A stretch of 58,444 nt of DNA, filler included, from Dirinaria sp. TL-2023a (lineage: Eukaryota): assembly GCA_051941275.1 (NCBI GenBank). It is 3 parts of 3 records of this genome, joined end to end, with 100 filler letters (N's around TTAATTAATTAA, not from the genome) between each part and the next. Parts side by side here need not be neighbours in the genome. Positions count along the whole stretch, not along the records: positions 39,036 to 58,444 come from JAVEBF010000337.1; 2 more parts are not named here. One strand, written 5' to 3'. Below, one piece after another: positions 48,571-58,444 of the stretch. The stretch's first letter is position 1. Each line of letters begins with the position of its first letter. Below the pieces are notes generated by a model. That model worked only from the letters and a program-made list of their open reading frames with translations. It was not told where the DNA came from and ran no database searches. The position numbers were made by a program, and so were the translations under genes.

Positions 48571-50078
48571 TTATACAATCGCACCTGGTTTCTCGGCTTT
48601 CCTCTTAGCTGTTCCGATGCCACTCACACCCTCTTCTTGATTCTTGCCCAGCCATGGCTTCCTTGCCTCGCCCAGCACCCGCCTCCCCAGAAAGTAGACG
48701 ATCAGACCTCCTACGATGCAAACAAATGCAATCGGGTACATCCAATGGATGCTGTACCCAAACACCTTGACTCCGATTGCGACGCCCCAAAAGTTCGAGG
48801 TCAGCAAGCTGATATTGAAGAAGGCGGCGCTGGCGAGCCGAAACATGAGCGGCGCAAGCGAGTAGAACAAGGCGAGAATCAGTGTATATCCAGTGAGGTA
48901 TCCACCCACCTTCCCGTTCCAGACTGCCGTGCGGAAAGATTTGCGGTCGAAGATGCCCGCTTGCGTGCCGTTGATGATCATGCCCCAGAATCCTAGCTGA
49001 CCAACGACTTCGTACAGAGGGCGCTTGGAGACCAAAAACTCTTCAACGACATTGCTGCAGCCGTAGAAAGTAGCGCCAAGAAGCGCGAACAAGTCACCCT
49101 TAATCTGATGACCCCGGGAGATGGGCCCAGTGTCCGAGGCGCCGGTGATATGGTCGCTCGCCAGAAGGATCCCGAAACCGCCTATGCAGACCAGAATACC
49201 GGCAACTTGTGTCACATGGTAGCGGACATGTAGAAATAGAAACGAAATAGCAACAACAATTACAATGGCCCAGAAATTGATCAGCTGTGCAGACAGGATA
49301 GAAGTCTGCAGACGAGGTCAGAGAGGCTGTTGGGCGCAATAGCCTTTGATGGAAACCACTCACTTTCTGGTAAGCAAGAACCGTGAAGTAATTTCCCTCG
49401 ACATCAAGAAAGGAGAGGATGAAATCTATGTTTGTAGATGTTAGCATCGACCGTACAGTGAGGACAACCGAAGGCTTGGCGAAGATTACGCCGCTGGCGG
49501 CAAATTTCACCGACTTGGCGAACAACTTCCACTCGACCGATCATGGCTTGCCATTGTCGGTGTGCCAGGTTCGATGGCAAGCGGCATGATGTTGTTCAAA
49601 ACTCAACGAGAATGGTACCTACATCTCCAACCATCCTTGTATATAAGCCGGCACCACCTTCTGAAGCCATATCTATACCATGTGAAGGAGGTGTATCCGA
49701 TATTGAGTAGGACGTAATTGAAGAACGTCTGAAACGCCGGGATTGATGTGCCCTCTGCGGCCAGAAGTGTCGTGAAGGTATTGGTCGCAGTGAGACAGAT
49801 GGCTAGAACTTGACTGCCACCATCGTCAGTGAAGGCTTTCGTCGCGAGTATTACGTGTGTAGGGCATACCCAAGCACCAGCACGATATAGAAGTCTCTTG
49901 TCCTGAAATAGGCTGTCCAGCCTTTCTTGCTCTCATCGACGTCCTCCACGGCCGTAGGTGTCGCAGAGTCCTCGATGATGTTCGGCGTACCATGTATTAT
50001 CGGCGATGAGGTGCTAGATGGTTCTCCACCATCAGCCCCTGCAGGCATTATTGACTGCTCGATCGGTCCTTTCTCCAT
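48571..50078 (-). CDS. SLC35F/DUF914 (EamA-like) transporter
   Basis: LVLG|QVLAICLTATNTFTT, SIPAFQTFFNY, GWR|..SFLDVEGNYFTVLAY, TSILSAQLINFW, KGDLFALLGA..YG.SNV.EEFLV, ASAAFFNISLLTSNFWG. Confidence 0.92.
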
Positions 50079-51111
50079 GGCTGCAGCGATTATGCGCACC
50101 AAAAGGCAAGGCGATGGAGCTTTGGAATGATTAGCGAGCGCAAAACTCCCGAAGTCGCTCACTGTGTGTGTATTCGCTATTCAGGAGAGGTGGTTTGGAA
50201 GGAAGTATTCCATTTGATCGGATGAAGATGTAACATGGGGTACAATGTACCGTTACAAAAAGCAATATGATATGTGGGGTAAAGTGCATGTTCTGGGCGG
50301 CCGTTCGCTAAAAGCGGTAGGGCTTTTCATGGATCAGGCCAGAGATTCTTCCCACCCTGCATATCCTGCACCCCATCCCACGCAGATCACTGGAGCGCTT
50401 ACTTCTAGAAGGGACAGTTGGATCTCCTCCAAAACCGCACGGTCAACAAATACGAGCAGCCAGCCGACATTCTCCGCTCGATGGCGCTGGCTCAGCACGT
50501 GCCAGGCGAGTCTTGCGACCTGGAGGCGCGAAACTCAATCTGGCATGTGCATACACCGGGGCCAGCCAAATTGCGTGCAGTGCAGCGGTAGATGGGAAAA
50601 TTTTACGCGAGCGCTATTTCAAGCACCGGCGGGATGACGAGGTACAAAGGGTCAGAGGAGAGGGTGAGAGCCTGAGAAGGACAGCCAGGCTGCCTCTGGG
50701 AATGAGGTAGACACACTACTGTCAAGGAAACGAAGCAGGATGGACAAGTAGTGAGACTGTCAGGAAGACGACCAAGCGCTTCCGGGTACAGGCGTACAGT
50801 CCTCGTACTCCACGTGTTCGCGAATACATCGGTCGATCATTGACGTCTCTCTTGGGCAACCAGGAGCCAAGGGAAAAGAAATTCGTTATTACTGTGTCCA
50901 GTCTGATAAAGATGTGCAAAGATTCGATCCGCACTGCCCCTCCGTCCCATGCCCCTGCCTCAAGGAACGTGTACATTCGTCATAACGAGGAGAAATTCTA
51001 TAGTTGTATATCCCCCACCCGCACCCAAGCCCGCAACGAAAAAGACTTCGTGTGTTGTTGTCGTGGTACTCTGTGTCTAGAATTTGATGGTCGGAAAAGC
51101 TGCGTCCTGCC

Positions 51112-51950
51112 TTAGTGCACCGCGACAGCAGCGGCGTGGCTGTTGCGTTTGCTGAAGCCCCAGCTACGTTTCTTGACCTCCACTGGAGCCTTCACGAGAG
51201 GAGCGGGCTGCTTAGCCAGAGTAGCAGGTGGCGAGGCCCAGATTGGAGCTTCACCCAATTTTCGATTCGGATTGGCGTGTAGTGTCTCCAACAGATTGGC
51301 CGAGTGTCGATGGGAGGCCGATGCCGCATATGGCATTTCGACAAATTCTGAGACAACATTAACATTGACTCTGAACGGTCCCGCGAGTTTAAGCTAAAGC
51401 CTTACGAGACGAAGAAGATGAGCTAGAGTCATTTTCGTTCAATTCGTTCAATGATCCAGTTGGAGAGACCCCTATCAAAATAATTAGACAACCTCTCCGT
51501 CAACAGAGCCTGTCAAGGTCATGTACCTTTGCTAGCAAGGGGGCTTGGTGAAAAGGTTGGGTTGCCGACTGTTAGCCCAGAGGCGTTGGTATAGTAGCCT
51601 CCATTTGCCCCATATGACCTTCGGTGCTCCATCCTTGGTGGCATCGGTCGACTGTATGAGTAATTAGACGCAGAGCCGTAGGATGAATTGCGAGGCAATG
51701 TGGAGGACAGGCTGCTGCTGTTCCTCGTAGCCATGCTTCTCCGCTTCTCGTTCGTGGCCTTGATCGCCGCGCGGTCGGCCTCTCGCCAACTGGATGGGGC
51801 ACCAGACAGAGCGTCAATAGCAGCGTGTGTCACTACATGTTTGTAAGGTATGGGTTTATCCTCCACCTCCGGGGCTTTCTGCTGAGCCTGAGCTTCCTTA
51901 TGGCTCTTGGCTGCCTTCTTGGCTTGGCTGAGCTTCGAAAAGATCGACAT
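51112..51950 (-). CDS. Small conserved fungal hypothetical protein (3 exons, Ser-rich)
   Basis: MSIFSKLSQAKKAAKSHK..PYKHVVTHAAIDALSGAPSSWREADRAAIK; final exon ..LHANPNRKLGEAP..KKRSWGFSKRNSHAAAVAVH*. Confidence 0.78.
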
Positions 51951-53137
51951 GATGATAGTAGCGACAGGATAGATGTCAGTGGATGATAACGAGCGTGTTT
52001 GAGGTCGGGTATAGAAGACCGCAGGGAGGTAGAGTCGGTCTACTCGGAGCACTTCACAGGTTGGAAAGTGAGGAGTAAGCTGCCTTGCTTAGGCTTCCCT
52101 GGTCGCCCCTCGTACTCGGAAATAGCCTAGTCAAGTAGCCCAACTGTGCCAGATCACTCGCAGCGTCAATTGGATGGAGCGCTAGCCAGCCGTTTAAGCG
52201 ATGAAGATCTGTTTGTTTCTTCGATCGTTTTGGGAAGAAGGAAGTCGGAACGATAGGATCGGACAAAAAAAGAAGAGAAGGGCAGGGTAAAGAGATTAGA
52301 CGGGCAAATGAGGACTGCTGATGATGATTTTCAGCTGATCTGGCGTGGGAGCAGGATACATGGATGGGATTAGGTTCTTATCGCAGCGGACCTTGTCCCG
52401 CTTCCTTTTTGATTAAAAGGGATGCAAGTTGCAAGGCTTGAGATGTACAAGTACAATAGGTACAGTAATTTTATTGATAACGAAGACGGCCGAACCATGC
52501 CAGGACACGAGAATACTACAGTACCTTACACGACTACTTCCGGTCGAAACTCCGGTCGAAACTTCTGTCTCCACCTGCAGCCAACACATACTTTTTATTT
52601 TTTTTTCCATCATACGGTAATGTAGTAGTACCTTAGGTTTTTCCTTTCCTGTCATCATCCCCACCTGGGATTGAAGGAGCAGGGAATGTCGAGGTCGGGA
52701 GAGCCAACGCAACCTGGCAGTGGCATGCCGATCATCGATAGACATGCCGTGAGCTAGGAGTAGTCACCAGTCACTAGGCCAGGGGGCTTCCTGGCTGTCG
52801 GTAGGTGGCGGACTGCTAGTTCGGGACGGTTGTGAAGGAAAAAAAGTGGGTCTCACGGTCTCACTATTCCCAGCCAGGCTCGACAGGCGAACCCCCCTAA
52901 TCCCCTTACTCGCTCTCTCTCGAGTCCCTGGGCGAGCCTGGGTAGAAACGCCCAGCCCTGTTGCATGCGGTTAGAGGGCACGAAAACCATCATTTAGCCG
53001 ATCCCACCTGAAAATAACATCCACTGGCGTTCCCATGGCTCGCATGGATTGTCATTCAGCCATTCAACCCAGTCAACCCAGTCAGCCAGTCAGCACCATC
53101 TGTGATGTGAAGCCACCACACTAGCCCTACCACCACA

Positions 53138-53179
53138 GTCCCAAGTGTCCCAAGTGTCCCAAGTGTCCCACTGTCCCAC
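53138..53179. repeat. 9-bp tandem repeat (GTCCCAAGT) x ~4.5
   Basis: gtcccaagtgtcccaagtgtcccaagtgtcccactgtcccac. Confidence 0.85.
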
Positions 53180-54149
53180 ACACTGCTTTGCCTGACCTTA
53201 CCTTACCTGACCTTAGGTACTTTCCTGTTTGCTCTCCCGTCTCTTCAACCCTGCCGCCATACCGTATCTCATAGGACCGTCAGCTGAACCCAAAGAAGCT
53301 CCTACCACCACCCACTAAACCATCACCACCCACAGCCCAGCGTTAGCGAACTGCCGCCAGAAAAGCACCCGTACCGACTTTGCGTGCTCATGCTCCACCT
53401 TGCATAAAATGGATCCTGTATTTTGGCTTCCAGCTTGTGCACCGTACGTGTCAAGCATGACACCACCCACTCTGCGTTTCTTCGGAGATCCAATCCTGCC
53501 ACTTGCTGTGCGATGGCCAGATTCTGTACGATAGCAGCCATGCAGTTGATCGAACGCGCGCAATAGGCCAGCGCCCACAAGGAATCCTGCATATGACAGA
53601 ACCAAACATGGCCTTGACAGTTCGCTGCCGGCTTGGTAATCAAACAACAGCCTGTCCGATGTGCTTCGGGCTACCTGCAGCTCATTATTCCTCCTGGAAT
53701 CAAATCATGGGCCGGCGCATATCTCGAGCAGCACCGAGCTTCCCACTTCCGACACATGGAAACAATGGCAGGCCACGCGCCTGATGGCCAACACGTTGAA
53801 GAGGTATAAATGCTCTGCCCACGTTCGATTCTTCTAGACTACGGGGTCTTGTGAGTATGACCTAGATAGGCAAAGCTCAATGTCGGAAGCTGCCTCACCG
53901 GCCTTGAAGATCGATTTCCAACGCCATGTTTCGGCTCGACAAGCCCTCGCTATGGGATGAGTATCGTGTTCGGACTTTCTTCCTGAAACCTCGATGTGAT
54001 CAGGCCTTGCTGTTTGGAAGATCGGAGGACCTAACGACAACTCTTGCTGCCAGCGTCTGCCCTCGGCCCACGGCATGAAATCATACGGAGTGCTTCGAGG
54101 ACAATTGCGAAGGCATATAACAGGATGTGCATAAGCTTCACCCTAGGAG

Positions 54150-55050
54150 CATGGTTGCGTTTATTATTACTACTCACATCAGAGGACCGGTCCAATTAAT
54201 ATCGCGAAAGGCAGTCTTGGGTCTAAAACAGGCTATGCACAGATCAAATATTCTTCCAAACGAGAAGGTCCTCGTGCAAGTGCGAGCATCTACAGTTCTA
54301 TCGATGATGGCCATCCTACCCAGTAGCACACTAGGTATGAAAAGTGTAACATGTTTCTCCCGATACGTCTCCGGCATTGATAGCCTGCCGTCTCCCTGAA
54401 CCCGAACTTGGTCATCCCGCTAGAACGCCAGCATGCTTTTCAATTGACAAGCACTTTCGTCCCTCCACCGCACCACCATCAAGGCATGTGAACCATGCAG
54501 AACAGCGATGGGCCAGGCAAAAATTGACCTAGAAGATTCATTAGATCCCGAGGTCAGGCGGCAGCAACTGCGTCAAAACGAAACTGATGCCCTGACGAAC
54601 AGGAGTATGCCTGCTAGAAGTACATGGGGATGCGATGTGGAAAGACGCGAAGACCAATCGAGCGTTGAAGTGAATCCGCTTCGGATTCATAAGAGAGTGA
54701 CTCGTGTCGCCTGTTTATTCTGGGCTCCAATTGTGCTCTTAAGCGTGACATATCAACGCGCTTTAATCATGGTGCTTCCTGTAGTTTTTGGCGAATATTG
54801 GAAGAAAGACACTTCACGTGACTATGTTTTCGGCAACTATATCCGGTTAATGCGAACTATGACAAGCGTTCTGGTTGTTTTTGATTCTCCATTCTGGCAA
54901 CCGCTCATCTCATAATTCCGCTTCTGCGGGCGCAGTTCTCTATGGCCTGGAGCTTGAAAAGAGTCACGTCAAGCGGCAGGCAAAAGTGCTTAGGTATCGC
55001 AATAACGAGCATTACCTTGTGAGACGATTGGCATATCGAAGAATTGACGT
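54150..55050 (+). pseudogene. Probable highly eroded Hsp70-like (HSPA12/actin-like ATPase) relic
   Basis: Ordered, frameshifted fragments FIITT, VQLISRKA, LFWAPIV..Q, IMVLPVVFGEY and ASAGAVLYGLE..V.RQAK..Y resemble FIITVP, LISEPEAAA, IFDPVV, LVGGFGES and AVARGAVLRGLE..SR.AR.YG. The matches are weak. Confidence 0.35.
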
Positions 55051-55770
55051 TGAGCAGGTTTCGGTGAGCGAGACATCCTGGCGTGCGTGTATCTGATACA
55101 GGTGTAAATAGCAATGTATTCGAGGAGTGAAGTAGAGAGTAACCCAAACTGGACTAGAACGAACCCGCGTTAAGCTTATCTGTGTTGGGTTAGCGGATTC
55201 GCCACCCTCAACCTCCGGCCTCCCCGTCACTCCGTCACTCCGTCAGTCCCCGTGCCTCTTCCCCCCCTTCGTGCCGATCAAACACTTGCCCCGATTACGT
55301 TTCACATCATTCCCGTACAGTAAGATATGCTTGCCCTACCATAAGGTAGACCACAATCTGATATGCACAAGTCGTCACGGGACGAGAGACAGAATTGCGC
55401 TTCACTGCGACTTTGATATCTCTCCCTGCAGAGGACCACGAATAGGTATTATCGGCATCGGCCGCCGTGCTCCGAGGCCTGCCTCGGTCATCAACACCCC
55501 TGAGCCAATGCGAAACACGAACGACATCACTTCTTGCATCATAGCATCCAACTTGAGCAGATGGGTACTACCGTGCTAGACTGTCCACACTGCGAGCGCA
55601 CGACATTGCTTGCTACGCGTACCTGATCGCGCTGCTGTCAGATCAGATTTGCGACCATAACGTCAGAAGGATTCGCCAGCCGCATTAACAGATTTAGAAG
55701 GCGTGGATGTGATAGCTCCACAGTTGATCAGGAGCTGGCAGCCGTGGCGATTGGCAAGGTCCCGTCCAGC

Positions 55771-58444
55771 ATGGCCCACGTGGTGCCACCACCGAACGAC
55801 AAGAAGAGAGTAAAGGTCTACGAGCTAAAGAACAATGACTGGTTCGATAGAGGGACCGGTTTCTGTACCGGCCGCAGCGCCAACGTGAGCATCATCTGGA
55901 GAGCCGCAGTGGCGTAGATCGCATCCCATCAATGCCCCATGGCTGCGAGTGATGACTTGCCGATGGCTGACTTGGGATTGAACAGGATGAGTCGAAAGTC
56001 TATGTCGAGTCGGAAGAACAACCCGAGCGGCTATTGTTGGAAACGAAGATTACGAAAGATGATGGATATCAGAAACAACAAGGTGATCCCAAGTGAATCG
56101 GCTTGCCCCGTCATTGAGACTGACGGCATATCAGATACGCTGATAGTATGGACGGAGTCCAACGGAACCGATATGGCATTAAGCTTTCAAGAGGCGGAGG
56201 GTTGCGCCGCCATATGGTGAGTGAGGAGTGATCCGGGAAAGGGAGTATATTACTCATACTGTGAATATTAGGGATTTCGTGAGTCAGGTACAGCAGCACC
56301 TTATGTCGCTTGCAGGACCAGGTATGTTGTTTCTTCTCCACCCCACTCACGCATCGCATGTCGATATACCCTGACCCCCATCTCTGCTGGATAGATGATG
56401 CCCTGTCAGACGACGCGATGGAAACCTTTCCTCATCCCTTTGCCCTACCACCGCCTGAGCTAGGGAACTTGGAAGAAATCCAAAATTCGATGCGGACAGT
56501 TGTTGGCACACCGCACGGCCGAGATGCGCTTTCAAAATTTGTCATTGGAGATGATTACATTCGGAAGCTATTGCCATTAGTAGAGACCGCGGAGGATCTG
56601 GAAGACCTGGAAGATCTACATCACCTCTGCAACATCATGAAAATCCTTATCCTCCTGAACGATACACAGATCATCGAGCATGTGGTGAGTGATAGCGTGG
56701 TGCTTGGGGTTGTCGGAGCATTGGAGTGTAAGTCTAAACTTGGTTTGAAGCCAATCATTCGGATTTTCGCTGACCTATGGTGCGCAGATGATCCAGACTT
56801 CCCAGAGCACAAGGCCAACCACCGAAGATACCTCCAAGACTCCTCGCGCTACAAGGAAGTGGTGCCTATCCAGGACCCGGCGATTAAGAAAAAGATTCAT
56901 TCCACATGGCGGCTGTTATACCTGAAAGATGTCGTACTCGCGCGCATACTTGATGATCCTACCTTCTCTGTGCTGAATTCTCTTATATTTTTCAACCAGG
57001 TGGATGTGATTTCCCATCTACAGTCACATACGGCTTTTCTGGAGGAGCTGTTCGGGATTGTCGATTCACCGGATGCCTCAGCGGGACGCAAAAAGGACGC
57101 TATAAACTTCATCCAGCAGTGTTGCGCCATTGCGAAAAGTCTTCAAGTTCCGGCCCGACAAACGCTGTATTCGAATTTCATTCATCACGGGCTGCTGCGC
57201 GTGATCACATTCGCCCTCTCGAATCAGGATGCCGCCATACGGGTAGCCGGGACCGATATCCTGGTTGCAATGATAGATCACGATCCGAGCATGGTGCGGG
57301 CTTTAATCTTTAAGTCAATCAACGATAAGCAAACTCCCTTGACAGATACACTGATTGAGCTTTTGTTGGCCGAGGTGGATCTGGGCGTCAAAGCCCAGGC
57401 CGCAGACGCAATCAAAGTTTTACTGGAACCGCAAACACCTCCACCTCCGCCGCAGGAAGCAATGATACGGCAGAATGGTGACTATCATGCCAAACTACGA
57501 AGTGCCGCGCCCAATGCGCAAACGGAGGCTTTCATCCAGAATTTCTACGACAAGTCCGCGAACAAGCTTTTTCAGCCGCTCAAGGACCTGGAAAAGAAGT
57601 CATCGCTTAGCGACCTCAGCTTCCAAGAAGTGTCTCTATACAGCCACCTGGTCGAAATCCTCATTTTCCTCATTCGCCTTCACCTCTTTCGAACCAAGTA
57701 CTTCATCTTCACCGAAGGCCTTGGAGCGCGAATAGCGCAACTCCTATCTTGTCCCCAGAAACACTTGAAGCTGAGTAAGCGAGAAAAAAAGTCCCTTGAC
57801 TCCTGATATGAGCAGTCGTTAACCAAAAAGCAGCGGCCCTGAAATTCTTCCGTCAATGCATTAATCTCCAAGACGAATTCTACAACAGCCAAATGATCAA
57901 AAACCATCTATTCGCCCCTATCCTCAACATCGTCTACGAAACCATGCCCCGCGACAACCTGCTCAACTCCGTCTGCCTCGAACTCTTTGAATTGATCAAA
58001 CGCGAAAACATCAAACCCCTCATCATCCACCTTGTAGAAACCTACCGGGACAAGCTGCAAGCGATCACCTACGTCGAAACATTCCAGAACCTCGTCCTCC
58101 GCTATGACCAAATGCAAGGGTACAACCCGGATCAAGAGGCCGCCATGGCAGGAGCGCAGCAACATCAAGACGGCGGCGCCACGCCGACGCAAGGCCTGAA
58201 GGTGAACGGCAATCAGCGATGGCAAGGGCTGAAAGAAGACGCCGCGGAAGAAGCCTACTTCAACACCTCCGACGACGAAGACGAGCTGGCGAGCAGCACC
58301 ACCACCGCCGCCGCCGCCGCCGCCGCGGCGGAGGGCGTTGGCAAAACCACCTCGCCCCAAGTCGCTGCGAACGGGGCCTCCCCGCTTATGAAATCGCTCG
58401 TGGATTACCCGGACGACGACTTCGAAGAAACCATGGACACCACC
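55771..58444 (+). CDS. PSY2: Protein phosphatase 4 regulatory subunit 3 (Psy2/SMEK), truncated by the window end
   Basis: KKRVKVYELKNNDWFDRGTGFC (EVH1-like), TLIVWTE..DMALSFQEAEGCAAIW, DDPDFPEHKANHR, YLKDVVLARILDDPTFSVLNSLIFFNQ, RDNLLNSVCLELFE. Confidence 0.95.

Noticed and set aside
49426..49622. TPP riboswitch in the transporter intron
   Set aside because: Lacks the CUGAGA and other conserved aptamer segments; kept only as a generic hairpin.
53060..53220. Short tandem repeats as a CRISPR-like array
   Set aside because: The 8-9 bp units have no unique spacers; eukaryotic context; simple slippage repeats.

Overview
Gene-dense window from an intron-rich filamentous ascomycete (Pezizomycotina; lichen-forming Lecanoromycetes is plausible but only an inference). 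It consists of three contigs joined by two artificial 100-nt spacers (44 N + TTAATTAATTAA + 44 N), so adjacency across 19423-19522 and 38936-39035 is not guaranteed. There are about 19 spliced housekeeping or regulatory genes: a Zn2Cys6 factor, a chromodomain/HDA2-3-like protein, HAT2, XRN1, RSM25, SOG2, SERF, SOK1, a SWIM-RING protein, a PHD protein, a family III CoA-transferase, RIB5, MFS and SLC35F transporters, PSY2 and several conserved hypotheticals. There is also a disrupted S10 carboxypeptidase and a probable Hsp70-like relic. The most unusual signals are non-genic: (1) a nested transposon island at 18.2-20.9 kb containing an LTR element with a perfect 11-nt Tf1-type self-priming PBS; (2) repeats depleted of CC/GG rather than CA/TG, suggesting a RIP-like process with a CpC target; (3) a ~150-bp MITE-like foldback whose terminal inverted repeats carry telomeric TTAGGG units; (4) a recurrent intergenic GTACCTTA motif. 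No rRNA, tRNA or CRISPR array was found. Exon boundaries and counts were read by eye.
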